From the NCBI GenBank assembly GCA_023265515.1, contig JAHFSZ010000002.1, positions 8,358-72,357 of the forward strand: a stretch of DNA of 64,000 bases, given 5' to 3'. A program made the translations under genes and the position numbers. Of this stretch, positions 54,203 through 63,880 are shown in pieces. A model generated the notes under the pieces. It did no database searches. It had not been told where the DNA came from and saw only the letters and a program-made list of their open reading frames with translations. The first letter of the stretch is position 1; the number at the start of each line of letters is the position of its first letter. The DNA is from Verrucomicrobiota bacterium (GTDB lineage: Bacteria > Verrucomicrobiota > Verrucomicrobiia > JABWAM01 > JAHFSZ01).

Positions 54203-57200
54203 TTAATGAGGCGGCCCTTCGTAGGTCATCAGGTAGTCGCGTACCGCCTCGATTTGGGTTTGGACATTGCCATCCAAAACGTTCGTGAACGGACTGGGTC
54301 CCTGGTCCGGCCAGTTGGGCGGCATGAGGCCGAAGCCTGGCGTCACGGGGTTCGGTCTGGATGTGTCGCCTGGGTTATTGAGCCATGGGATGATCCCGTC
54401 GGGCCGCATCCGGTCCTTCACCATCATGAGATTCGGCGCCGCCTTGCCATTCTCCCGCGCCTTTTCCGGGGTCACGACCGCGTGGCAGGAAAGGCACTTG
54501 AAATCGATCAACAGCCTTTCGCCGGCCGGAACGAGAGCCTGTGAGGGATGAAATCCCGCCATGGTCGCCTTCTCAAATGGATACGGCTGCTTGTCGAGCA
54601 GGGCGAAGTACCGGATCAACGCATTCATCTGCGTATCGGTGAGATTGAATGTCGGCATCCGGGCGTTTAACCAGTAACGATACTTATGGTCCCCCGGCTG
54701 CTTGATGAAATGATAAAGCCAGTCGGGGCGGACCCTGATGCCGACGCCGGCGAGGATTGGCGGCCGCATGAACGGCTGCTCGATCTTGGCATAGATTGCC
54801 CCGCCCCGCCCCTCGACGACATGACAGCCGGCGCAGTTCAGTTCCTTGATCAACCAGCGGCCATTCTCGATTTGCCATTGGCTGTCGTCCAGATGGGCGG
54901 CCGAGGCGGGAGTCGGTTTTTCCGACGTCAGTGACATGATCGCCGTCATAATCAGGTCAATTTGTTCTTCGTTGAAATTGTACTGCGGCATCTTCAGGTA
55001 CTCCTGCGGGCGCTTCGCGGAAATCCGGTCGAAGGAGCGCGGGTTGGACAACTTCTGGTGGAGGAACCCGTAGTGGTTCTTCTCTTGCATGTGGATGAAT
55101 CCAAAATCGAACTGTGTTACCTTTTTGCCCGCCCAGTCCGAGAGCTCGATGCTCACCGGCTTTTCCGTCTCCAGGCCCCGGATCTGATGACAGCTGTAGC
55201 ATCCGTATCGGCGGACCAGTTTTTCGCCGGCAAACTGATTCTTCTCATCAGCCGACATCCCCTTGCATTTCTCCTGCGCCTCGTTCAGCGGCATTTTCGT
55301 CTGCAGGTAGTCCACCACCATGTCGTCGACGACCCCGGGTTTGACATCAGGAATCTTCTTTTCGTCGAACACATGGTTCTTATCCTGCAAGAGATAGCTC
55401 GCGATGTCGGCCGCGTCGCTGTCGGAGAGTCTGAGATTCGGCATCCGGGTCGCCTCGTGGTATTGCGACGGGTCCTTCAGCCACGCATAGAGCCAGCCCG
55501 GCGAGTATTTGCTGCCGCCGCCGCTCAGCATCGGTCCGCGGGTCCGGAACATCCTGTCCTTGGCGGGAATCTGCTCCCAAGTCTCCTTCTCGACATGGCA
55601 GCCATAACAGCCGACCTCAGCGACGAGTTTTTTGCCGTTTTCCGGGTTGCCCGGCGGCGGAGCCGGTGAATCGACCGTCGCGTCAGCCCGGTGAAAGACA
55701 AACTCCGTGATCGCATGGATTTCGGCGATATTGCGGTCCGCCCAGTCGAAGGTCTGTTTGCCGTCCTGGCTGGTGTACTTCATTCCCGCCCGGTTGTTGT
55801 CGAGCCCCCAAAACTGGGGCATGTAGGTGTTCGCACGAAACTCCTTCGGGTTGAGCAGCCACTTCTCCATCCACTCCTGGGTCACTTTGGCCGGGATCTT
55901 GGCCAGCGTCGGCGCGGCACGATCGGTCGGGACGCGGATTGGCACGGTGATGTCGCGGCCGATTTTCAGATCCTCGGGTTTGGTCAGGCCATTGGACGCG
56001 AGGATCATCTGCGGCTCGGAGCTGTAGCGGTTGGCGATCGCCTGCAAGGTCTCTCCGGCCTCCACCTTGTGCTTGGCGGTGGTCTCAAGCTGTTGAATGC
56101 GATGGCAGGCGTAGCATCCTGCCTGTTCGACGAGCCGGATCGCCTGGTTGATCTTATCGCCCGTGTTTGGCCCGTTCGTTCCCTCCGGCAAGGGCTTCTG
56201 CGGAATCCACGTCACATTCAGGTGGCACTTCAAGCAGGAGGACTCAACGAACTCCTTCGGGCGCATCGGGTCCTCCTTATGGTGTATCGGATGCCAGCCA
56301 TATTGGTCATGCCAGATGCGCGCCTGCGTCGAAGACTCCTTCTTGGCCTTTTCCACATTTTCGACCGGCGGCAGCGATGCCAGGATCCGGCTCACTTGCC
56401 CGAGATCCTGCTTCACGCGCACCAGATCGTCCTTCTTGACCGCCAGATCCGGTTGCGACGTGTCCTTGCCGGAAATTTCACGAGCGAGCTTGTCGCGCCG
56501 CTCCTCGAGCGATGTTTTCCAGGAACCGAGCGCGTCGTGCGAGGACTGGTAATTCTGCTCGAGTCCCGAAAAGGTCGACGGCTCCATCCAGCGCTTCAAA
56601 CCGTCGCAATAGACGTACTCCTTTTCGACGGGATAAAATTGCGGTGTGTGAGCCGCGCTCATAAAACCGACGCCCCGATCCCATCCGAGGTGGCAGGTGG
56701 AACATCCGAATTTCTGGACTGGATGCGGCGAATCCGGACTGAGGAAAACGTCGAGCCGCGGGTGCGAGCGCCATGGATGCGGAAGCCCGGAGTATCGGAA
56801 TCCCTGCTGGCCGGGCTCGAGGCCGTCCTTTTTCTCGATGAAGGCATGGCATGTCGAGCAGCGGTCCATCCGCGACACCTGCGTGAAATTAAGGTCGTAT
56901 TTCTGGTCTTCGGTGATCACCTGCTGGATCCTCGTGAATGGCGCCGCGAACTCCAGCATCGGAATCCGGTCGACGAGGTTGAGCCTGACATTGGTCAGCT
57001 TGTCCAATTTGCTTCCGGCCAGATCGCGTTCCTTCGTCAGTTTCCTGACTTGCTTGTCGAGATCGATTTCCGCTTCCTTTGCCTTCGCCAGCTGCGCATC
57101 AGCCGTGTCGTGGTTGGTCTTGGCGGCGTCCATCACCGCCTTCTTCTGGAGAAGCATTTCGCGCTGGCGCTTGATCTGCTCCATTTTTTTGGAGAGGAGC

Positions 57201-57622
57201 GGATCATCGGGGTTCAACTCCACCATTGCGTCATACTGCGAAACCAGCTGGTCAAGGTTGGATTTTTGCGCCTGGTATTCGCTGGTGGCAACACCCAGGG
57301 CCGTTTTAAGAAGAGACTCCGTGACCGCAAGTTGAGCAACGATTCCGTGCTCCTCATCCAGCTTCTGCCGGGTCTCCCTGAGCTGGAGCAGAAGCTGATC
57401 GATGTTCGCTTCCTGGGCCTTGGTTTCGGCGCCCTTGACGTCAAGGATCAGCTTGAGCTTCTCAAACTCCTGCGACTTGTTCTGATAGGTTTTCCATTCG
57501 CGCGTGTAATCGCGGTAAACCATCCAGACTACGGAGCCGAGCAATAGGAGAGATGTGACGACAAAAATGACGTTCAGCCGGGGTATGTTGTATTCGTGGA
57601 CGGTCTCGGGGACGTTGCGCAT
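54203..57622 (-). CDS. membrane-anchored octaheme c-type cytochrome (N-terminal TM + ~200-aa coiled coil + multiple class-I cytochrome c modules)
   Basis: Eight CxxCH motifs (CSTCH x2, CLKCH, CYACH, CYGCH, CYSCH, CAGCH, CLSCH), several followed by class-I-like Met-Pro ligand loops. Directly downstream of the Rieske/cyt b genes. Confidence 0.8.
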   Translation of the reverse strand: MRNVPETVHEYNIPRLNVIFVVTSLLLLGSVVWMVYRDYTREWKTYQNKSQEFEKLKLILDVKGAETKAQEANIDQLLLQLRETRQKLDEEHGIVAQLAVTESLLKTALGVATSEYQAQKSNLDQLVSQYDAMVELNPDDPLLSKKMEQIKRQREMLLQKKAVMDAAKTNHDTADAQLAKAKEAEIDLDKQVRKLTKERDLAGSKLDKLTNVRLNLVDRIPMLEFAAPFTRIQQVITEDQKYDLNFTQVSRMDRCSTCHAFIEKKDGLEPGQQGFRYSGLPHPWRSHPRLDVFLSPDSPHPVQKFGCSTCHLGWDRGVGFMSAAHTPQFYPVEKEYVYCDGLKRWMEPSTFSGLEQNYQSSHDALGSWKTSLEERRDKLAREISGKDTSQPDLAVKKDDLVRVKQDLGQVSRILASLPPVENVEKAKKESSTQARIWHDQYGWHPIHHKEDPMRPKEFVESSCLKCHLNVTWIPQKPLPEGTNGPNTGDKINQAIRLVEQAGCYACHRIQQLETTAKHKVEAGETLQAIANRYSSEPQMILASNGLTKPEDLKIGRDITVPIRVPTDRAAPTLAKIPAKVTQEWMEKWLLNPKEFRANTYMPQFWGLDNNRAGMKYTSQDGKQTFDWADRNIAEIHAITEFVFHRADATVDSPAPPPGNPENGKKLVAEVGCYGCHVEKETWEQIPAKDRMFRTRGPMLSGGGSKYSPGWLYAWLKDPSQYHEATRMPNLRLSDSDAADIASYLLQDKNHVFDEKKIPDVKPGVVDDMVVDYLQTKMPLNEAQEKCKGMSADEKNQFAGEKLVRRYGCYSCHQIRGLETEKPVSIELSDWAGKKVTQFDFGFIHMQEKNHYGFLHQKLSNPRSFDRISAKRPQEYLKMPQYNFNEEQIDLIMTAIMSLTSEKPTPASAAHLDDSQWQIENGRWLIKELNCAGCHVVEGRGGAIYAKIEQPFMRPPILAGVGIRVRPDWLYHFIKQPGDHKYRYWLNARMPTFNLTDTQMNALIRYFALLDKQPYPFEKATMAGFHPSQALVPAGERLLIDFKCLSCHAVVTPEKARENGKAAPNLMMVKDRMRPDGIIPWLNNPGDTSRPNPVTPGFGLMPPNWPDQGPSPFTNVLDGNVQTQIEAVRDYLMTYEGPPH

Positions 57623-57634
57623 GAGAAGGGCCGA

Positions 57635-58876
57635 CTAAAAGTTGATCCAAGGGGATGCGAAGATGTATTTCAGCGCGATCGTCCACCGGAGGTACATCTT
57701 GATCGGAACGATGGCCATGACCAGAAACAGGAAGATGGCGACAGCATAGCGCCCCATGCCGAGACGTTCGTAGAAATTCTTCAGTTTTGTTTTCGCCAGG
57801 ATGACGGGCAGGACCAGGAAGTAAAAGCCAAGCAGAAGAATGCCGAGGAATTCCTTTTTCAACAGCTTTAGCCAGTTGCCGGGATCCGCGTAGTTCGGCC
57901 CGACGTCGGGAACCCCCTGCTTGAGCCAGTCGATATTCAGCGCGTTGCCAATCGGATAAAGCGTCTTGATCCAGACGAGCTCCGACAGGTTCACGTTGTT
58001 GGCGGCGACCACCTTGTGTGGATTCCATTCCTCGAATGGCCCGAAGTAGTTCCAGCCCGGCCCCCGCAAAATCGTTCCGAGCACGATCATGTAGTCCCAC
58101 ATCACGAAAAAGCCGATACAGAAGGTCAGGATCGCCAGCCGGCGGTCCTTGAAACTATAGTAGCCGTTGCCCTTCGGATTCACGTCAATGTAGGGAATCG
58201 CCATCAGACCAAATATGATGATGCTCGGCAGAACAACGCCGGCCATCCATGGATCGAAGTAAACCAGCAACTCTTGCAGTCCGAGAAAGTACCACGGCGC
58301 CTTCGACGGGTTCGGCGTGTTGCCGGGATTGGCGGGCTCCTCGAGCGGCGCAGGGATCACCAACGACCAGACCACCAGGACGACGGTCCAGATGATCATG
58401 CAGATGAATTCGATATAGACAAGGTCGGGCCAGACCCATGTCTTCTGATTGGAAGTCTCCTTCTCCTCGGGCGGCAGCATCTCCTCCATCCGGCGGTCGT
58501 TGTTGTGGGCCTGCCACATCGAAATCCAGAGGAAAAAACTGAAGAAGAAAATCATCAGGAAGATCGGCGCGTTGTCGGGCTTCAGCAGATTGTGCGCAAA
58601 GTTCTTGTCCAATAGCATGATCCCAAGCGTGAGGGTGATTCCCGTCATCGCCAGCAACGTGCCGGTCCGTGTCCAAACCGGGCGTTGGAACAGCGCCCAG
58701 ATGAACACGATCGCGAACAGCGTGAAGGAAATCTGCGGCTGTCCGAGGTAATCCAGCACGTTTTTGAGGCCGTAATGGACCGCCGCCGAGATGAAGAGGG
58801 CGGCAGCGGCGGCGAGGAACGCCTTCAGCATCCATCGCCTGTTCGCCGCACCCAGTGTGTTTGTGAGTAATCCCAT
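57635..58876 (-). CDS. cytochrome b C-terminal portion / subunit IV-like membrane protein (PxWYFL motif) with extended C-terminal TM region
   Basis: KAPWYFLGLQELLVYF resembles the PEWY motif of the cytochrome b/b6-subunit IV C-terminal domain. Follows the cyt b6-like gene; the start is uncertain (58831-58915). Confidence 0.65.
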   Translation of the reverse strand: MGLLTNTLGAANRRWMLKAFLAAAAALFISAAVHYGLKNVLDYLGQPQISFTLFAIVFIWALFQRPVWTRTGTLLAMTGITLTLGIMLLDKNFAHNLLKPDNAPIFLMIFFFSFFLWISMWQAHNNDRRMEEMLPPEEKETSNQKTWVWPDLVYIEFICMIIWTVVLVVWSLVIPAPLEEPANPGNTPNPSKAPWYFLGLQELLVYFDPWMAGVVLPSIIIFGLMAIPYIDVNPKGNGYYSFKDRRLAILTFCIGFFVMWDYMIVLGTILRGPGWNYFGPFEEWNPHKVVAANNVNLSELVWIKTLYPIGNALNIDWLKQGVPDVGPNYADPGNWLKLLKKEFLGILLLGFYFLVLPVILAKTKLKNFYERLGMGRYAVAIFLFLVMAIVPIKMYLRWTIALKYIFASPWINF

Positions 58877-58889
58877 TGAAAGAGCGGGG

Positions 58890-59678
58890 TCACATCGGTC
58901 CACTGATACCGCCATCCTTGCGGATTCTCCAGAAGTGGACCGCCATGAAAACAATGGCGACCAGCGGCAGAAGGATGCAATGTAAAACGTAAAACCGGTT
59001 CAGTGTGATCCCGCCGATTTCCTTGGAGCCCAGCAGAAGGAATCGCGCATCGTCACTCGAATGAATCAGGGGGATGCCGCCAATCTGCAGCAACTCGGAC
59101 CCCGGCCCGCCCGCCCCCAGAAACGGCGTTGCCTTCGCCATGTTGGAGCCGACCGTGATGGCCCAGATGGCCAGCTGGTCCCAAGGCAGGAGATAGCCCG
59201 TGAAGCTCAGCAGGAACGTCAACACCAGCAGAACGACTCCGATCACCCAGTTGAACTCGCGCGGCGGCTTGTAGGAGCCGGTCATGAAGACCCGGAACAT
59301 GTGGAGCATCACCATGATCACCATCGCATGGGCGGCCCACCGGTGCATTTCGCGCATGATCCCAAACGGCACCTCCTCACGGATGTCGACCATGTCAGTA
59401 TAGGCGAAATCGACCGTCGGCCGGTAATAGAACATCAGCAAGACCCCCGTCAGGGTCAGCACAAGAAAAAGGAAAAAACTCAAACCGCCCGCGCACCAGG
59501 TGTAGCGCAACTTCACGCCGCTCGTCTTCACCTTCGTGGGATGCAGATGAAGGAAGACGTTGCCAAGCATGATCAGGACCCGCTTGCGGTCGGTGTTCGG
59601 AATGCCGACGCGGAAGATCGATTTGGTGATCTGCGACTCCTCGATGTTCTTCTTAAGATTGCGAAGTGGGTTCAGCAT
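58890..59678 (-). CDS. cytochrome b6-like (cytochrome b N-terminal, heme bL/bH His ligands)
   Basis: [20 protein letters not shown] ... [15 protein letters not shown] pattern with paired His in helices B and D. Confidence 0.85.
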   Translation of the reverse strand: MLNPLRNLKKNIEESQITKSIFRVGIPNTDRKRVLIMLGNVFLHLHPTKVKTSGVKLRYTWCAGGLSFFLFLVLTLTGVLLMFYYRPTVDFAYTDMVDIREEVPFGIMREMHRWAAHAMVIMVMLHMFRVFMTGSYKPPREFNWVIGVVLLVLTFLLSFTGYLLPWDQLAIWAITVGSNMAKATPFLGAGGPGSELLQIGGIPLIHSSDDARFLLLGSKEIGGITLNRFYVLHCILLPLVAIVFMAVHFWRIRKDGGISGPM

Positions 59679-59682
59679 AAAA

Positions 59683-60282
59683 TTAAACCGCGACGAAGGA
59701 TTCCGGATTGCTCCACTCCCCCTTTTCCTTGAAAAACATCTGGCTCTTGTCGACGGTTAATTGACCGTCGTCGGCCAGCGTGATCTTGAAACGGGGCAGC
59801 GGCGTCGGAGCAGGGCCTTCAAAATTAACGCCCGGCTCCACACCCGGCCTCGGCCCATAGAAACCGCTGCCGTGGCACGGGCATTTGAACTTCATTTCAT
59901 TCTCCGACCAGTTGGGCGTGCAGCCCAGGTGGGTGCAAACAGTCGAAATCGCCAGGATCTTTTCGGTGGTGCGGACAATCCAGACCTTCTCGGTGTTTTT
60001 GAACTGCTCGCTCACGCTGTCATTCGAATATTCATCGGGAACCCCGGCCCGAAACTTCTGGGCCTTCGTGAAATCCAGGCGCGGCGCCATGAAGGCGGCC
60101 AGTATCGCGCTCAGTCCGCCGAATGCCGCGGCGAAAATCACCCAACCCGCCGCGGCAGTGGTGATAAATTTCCTGCGGTCCAGCGGAGCCTTCCAGACCC
60201 CGTCGGCCTTGAGCTGGGCAATCGCCTGCTCGCGCTGGCTGGGTTGTTTGCCCGCATCGTTCTCTTGCTGAGCCTGAGCCAT
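59683..60282 (-). CDS. Rieske [2Fe-2S] iron-sulfur protein, Tat-exported
   Basis: Twin-arginine [10 protein letters not shown]; CTHLGC ... CPCHGS boxes. Confidence 0.85.
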   Translation of the reverse strand: MAQAQQENDAGKQPSQREQAIAQLKADGVWKAPLDRRKFITTAAAGWVIFAAAFGGLSAILAAFMAPRLDFTKAQKFRAGVPDEYSNDSVSEQFKNTEKVWIVRTTEKILAISTVCTHLGCTPNWSENEMKFKCPCHGSGFYGPRPGVEPGVNFEGPAPTPLPRFKITLADDGQLTVDKSQMFFKEKGEWSNPESFVAV

Positions 60283-60297
60283 AGGTTCGTTTTGCTG

Positions 60298-61356
60298 CTA
60301 CTCCTGCTTGACCGGAAAATCCATCCCTTCGGCGGGGGTCCTGCGTCCCCGCAACACATCAATCGCCGCCTGCCGCACACCAAGCTGCGGATCCCTGTCT
60401 GCCACCTTTTGCAGATCGGCCCTCAAATTGTCATCCAAAAAAATGCCCAGAAGCTGAACCGCGCGGATGCGATACAATTCAATCTGCGCCTGGCTCAGCA
60501 TCGGGCCCTTCGACCCGCCGCCTCGCGCGGACTCTCTTGCCGCCACCCGCCCGACGAATTCGGGGTCCAACAGCCGCTTCAGCACGGGCACGGCCTCCCC
60601 ATGCATGATACTGCCCTGACCGTCCTTCGCCCCGCTCTCGCGCGCCAGGGAAAACGCCGCGTTCCAGTCCGCCAGCGGGTCCGGATCGTTCAACGCCCGC
60701 TTCAGTGCCTCGACCGCGCTTGTATCATCGAAGAAACCGAGCGAAAAAAGCGCTGCGTACTTTACGCCCGCATCATCGCTCTCCACACGATTGAGGATCA
60801 ATGGCACTGCCCGCGCCTCGCGCATCTTGCCGAGCGCGATCATTACAAAAATATCCTGCTCGGCTGGACCGCCCTGCTTCAGCGTTTCCAACAATGTAAC
60901 CGACGCCTCCGGCCCGCCGACCAGTGAGAGGACTTGTGAGACATACTGCACAACCTTCGGATCGCGCCCCCGCGCTTCGTTGAACAACTCGATCAGCTTC
61001 GGGACAAACTCCGGATTTTCCCCGAGAAACTTCTCACGATCGAAACGAAGCCGGTCGTTGAGATCGCTCAGACTCTGCCAGCGCTTTGCTTCCTGGATGT
61101 AGTTCAGAAGCGCGAAGGCGGCCTCCTGCCGGCTCGATGCGGATTTCGCGCTGAGCGCACCCAGGTAATCGTTGACGTCACGGCGCTCAAACGTCAGCCA
61201 CCGGAAAATAAAATACAGGCCGACGCAGAACAAGACAATCAACAGCGGGATGACAAAGAACTGAAGGGCAAGGACGACCAGCGGGGATCTCTCCCCGCTC
61301 GGTTCCTCACCCCTGAAAACTGTTTTCGGCGGCAACGGAGACGGAATTTCAGCCAT
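60298..61356 (-). CDS. membrane-anchored HEAT/PBS-lyase-like repeat protein
   Basis: One N-terminal TM helix followed by ~6 HEAT-like repeats (..AVPLILNRVESDDAGVKYAALFSLG.. pattern). Embedded between the polyferredoxin and Rieske genes. Confidence 0.5.
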   Translation of the reverse strand: MAEIPSPLPPKTVFRGEEPSGERSPLVVLALQFFVIPLLIVLFCVGLYFIFRWLTFERRDVNDYLGALSAKSASSRQEAAFALLNYIQEAKRWQSLSDLNDRLRFDREKFLGENPEFVPKLIELFNEARGRDPKVVQYVSQVLSLVGGPEASVTLLETLKQGGPAEQDIFVMIALGKMREARAVPLILNRVESDDAGVKYAALFSLGFFDDTSAVEALKRALNDPDPLADWNAAFSLARESGAKDGQGSIMHGEAVPVLKRLLDPEFVGRVAARESARGGGSKGPMLSQAQIELYRIRAVQLLGIFLDDNLRADLQKVADRDPQLGVRQAAIDVLRGRRTPAEGMDFPVKQE

Positions 61357-61374
61357 GGCACGCGCCCAACGGCC

Positions 61375-61884
61375 TTACGCCGCCTCTTCGTGTGCCGCGC
61401 TCGGACGCTGCTGCGGCGTCACGGCATCGTATTTGATTTGCTGCGGCAGCATCGCCGCGAGGTTCGTCACCGGATTCGGCACCCAGATGGCGTCCTTGTC
61501 GCAAACAATTTCGCAAAGCCGGCAGCTGACACACGTCTTTTCGTTGACCACGGCCACCTTGAAATGCAAATCGGGATTGCGCGGATCAGGTTCCAGCGTA
61601 ATGCAATCAAAGGGGCAGATGTCCACGCAGTACTCGCAAGCAGTGCAATTATCAGGATCGACGACCGCCCTGGGGATCTCCTTGAGTGGGACACGCTGGA
61701 CCAGCTCCCCCTTTTCATTTTGAATGCACGAAACCGGGCAGAAAATCGCGCAGACGCCGCACTCGATGCAACCTCCGGGATGGATTTGAAAGACTTCCTT
61801 TTTGGCGCCGCTGATGGTGTCCGTCGGGCATTTTTGCTCGCAGATGCCGCAGCTGATGCATGTATCGGTAATGAAATACGCCAT
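61375..61884 (-). CDS. polyferredoxin with four [4Fe-4S] CxxCxxCxxxCP motifs
   Basis: CISCGICEQKCP, CIECGVCAIFCP, CTACEYCVDICP and CVSCRLCEIVC; the start is ATG at 61884 (MAYFITDTC). Confidence 0.8.
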   Translation of the reverse strand: MAYFITDTCISCGICEQKCPTDTISGAKKEVFQIHPGGCIECGVCAIFCPVSCIQNEKGELVQRVPLKEIPRAVVDPDNCTACEYCVDICPFDCITLEPDPRNPDLHFKVAVVNEKTCVSCRLCEIVCDKDAIWVPNPVTNLAAMLPQQIKYDAVTPQQRPSAAHEEAA

Positions 61885-62026
61885 AATATGGATTGTTCCG
61901 GGGAATTCAACATAACCACAGCGTTCTGAGAGGCGCAATCCCTTTGTGAAATGTTTCACAAGCGACTGCGGCGCTTACTGTTTGGTCAAATCAACCGAAA
62001 CGGAAATGGGCGTCCAGGCCGACGGG

Positions 62027-63880
62027 TTAGGAGCGCATTTTCTTGAGGGCGTGTTCCAGATTCCAGCCGGTTTTTTTCAGCGCCGCCCACGCCTCCTCGT
62101 AGGAAAAACCGGTCAACTCCTTCATGATCCGGGTCATCCGATCCTGCAATTTCTCGCACGAGGGTTGCAGGTCGGTCATCAGATTGTCCTTCACTTTCCC
62201 GAGGCGGATCATCGAGATCGTCGTCAACATGTTCAACATCAGTTTCGTCGCCGTTCCTGCCTTCAGTCTTGTTGAGCCCGCCACCACCTCGGGCCCCGTG
62301 TCCACCAGCAACGTGAGAAAGCGGTTGTTGCCCTTGAACTCCACAGGCGCCGCCGGATTGCATGTCAAGAGGATGCTCCTCGCCCCCGCGCTCAGCGCTG
62401 CCTGCAGCGCTCCGATGACAAACGGGGTCGATCCCGAAGCGGTGATGCCGACAACGACGTCCTTGCGGCCGACATGCCGGTTCCGAATGGATTCGGCTCC
62501 GTACACCCCATCATCTTCCGCGGTTTCGATCGCCTGGTAGAGCGCGCGAAAACCTCCCGCGATGATTCCCTGCACCATCGAGGGAGGCGTGCCGAAGGTC
62601 GGCGGGCACTCCGCCGCATCGAGCACACCGAGCCGTCCGCTCGTGCCGGCACCCACGTAAAAGAGCCTTCCGCCTGCCCGCAAAGCGGACGTGATCCACT
62701 GGATCGCCCGGTCGATGGATTCGCTGCGTTGCAAAATCTGCGGGATCACGGTCTTTTCCTCGGACATCATTAAATCGATGATTTCCTTGATCGACGCCTT
62801 TTCGAGATGGCGCGCACGGGGATTCGGTTGCTCGGTGGGTGAATGAGCAAGGTTGCGCGATTCAATCGAGCCCCGGTAAAGATCGCCCCGGTCGCGCGGC
62901 GGCTTGATCCATCGATAAAGTTTCGTAGCGGGTTTAGCTTCGATGAACCGCGAGCGGCAAAGCAACGCGGCGCCGTAAGCTCCCTCCTCGCGGCTCACGT
63001 TGACCCGAGCGTGCGGCAGTTTCATGAGGATCGCCTCCCGAAGTTTGAGCACATAGTAGGGCTGCCCCGCGGCGAGACCTCCGGTAAGCACCACGCGAGG
63101 CGTCTTGAGCTGGACCAGCTCCGCAGCCCGCACGACCTGCTGTGACAGCCGGAATGTTCCCTCCCGGATCACGTCCCGCGAAAGCTCCTTGTGCTTGAAG
63201 ACCAGCGGCGCAAGGCTGGCGATGTCCTCCTTGGAGGCCGCAAGCGTCCAGGTCACCAGTTCTTCCATGGTGTTGAGGCTGAGCTGGCGCAGCACGTCGC
63301 GGCCGAAGACGCTTGTCTGCCGGTCCTCGTCATACTCCAGAAATGTTCGTTGCAACATCAGCCTGGCCAGATCATAACCGCCGCCGACATCCCCCACGAC
63401 ATGGCCCCATCCGCCGAGCTTGCAGGCACGCGATCCGTTCCGCGCCAGCACGTTGGACCCGGTGCCGCAGATCACCATCACACCGGGCTTGTCCCCCAAA
63501 GCCGCCGCAAACCCCGAATCGGTGTCCCTGCCAACCAGGTGCCTCGACTCCGGCCAGACCTTTTGGGCAAGCCGCTTGACACGGGCCTCATCGCTCGGAG
63601 ACACACACCCGGCCACGAACATGCCGATGAATGATGATGCCGGCCGTTTCAAGCGCTCGCGGATTCCCTCCCAAAGATGGACGATCTGCCGGTCGTCCAG
63701 GAGCTTGATGTTGCAGGGCAAGGTCTTGATCCGTTGAACCACTCGCCCGCCACCATCGATCAAAATCGCAACCGTCTTGGTCGAGCCGCCCTCAATACCG
63801 CAGTAGAAGCATTTTTTCGAATTTCGAATTTCGAATTTCGAATGTCGATTTTTTGGAGTAGGCCGCATCCGAATCGCCAT
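62027..63880 (-). CDS. fusion protein: BadF/BadG/BcrA/BcrD-type sugar kinase (GlcNAc/MurNAc kinase-like) + N-acetylmuramic acid 6-phosphate etherase (MurQ, SIS domain)
   Basis: N-terminal CGIEGGSTKT phosphate-1 motif and kinase core. C-terminal SIS domain with GGRLFYVGAGTSGRLGVLDAAECPPTF, typical of MurQ. The N-terminal 25 codons contain an (ATTTCGA)3-4 repeat, so the exact start is uncertain. Confidence 0.8.
   Translation of the reverse strand: MAIRMRPTPKNRHSKFEIRNSKKCFYCGIEGGSTKTVAILIDGGGRVVQRIKTLPCNIKLLDDRQIVHLWEGIRERLKRPASSFIGMFVAGCVSPSDEARVKRLAQKVWPESRHLVGRDTDSGFAAALGDKPGVMVICGTGSNVLARNGSRACKLGGWGHVVGDVGGGYDLARLMLQRTFLEYDEDRQTSVFGRDVLRQLSLNTMEELVTWTLAASKEDIASLAPLVFKHKELSRDVIREGTFRLSQQVVRAAELVQLKTPRVVLTGGLAAGQPYYVLKLREAILMKLPHARVNVSREEGAYGAALLCRSRFIEAKPATKLYRWIKPPRDRGDLYRGSIESRNLAHSPTEQPNPRARHLEKASIKEIIDLMMSEEKTVIPQILQRSESIDRAIQWITSALRAGGRLFYVGAGTSGRLGVLDAAECPPTFGTPPSMVQGIIAGGFRALYQAIETAEDDGVYGAESIRNRHVGRKDVVVGITASGSTPFVIGALQAALSAGARSILLTCNPAAPVEFKGNNRFLTLLVDTGPEVVAGSTRLKAGTATKLMLNMLTTISMIRLGKVKDNLMTDLQPSCEKLQDRMTRIMKELTGFSYEEAWAALKKTGWNLEHALKKMRS
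63815..63848. repeat. tandem heptamer array (ATTTCGA x3 perfect plus 2 degenerate flanking units)
   Basis: TTTTCGAATTTCGAATTTCGAATTTCGAATGTCGA, in the 5' end of the kinase-MurQ ORF. Same unit as 22699-22728 in the opposite orientation. Confidence 0.65.

Noticed and set aside
63815-63848. Possible CRISPR array or contingency simple-sequence repeat
   Set aside because: Only 3-5 units of 7 bp with no spacers, so it is far too short and regular for CRISPR. It is retained only as a heptamer tandem repeat.
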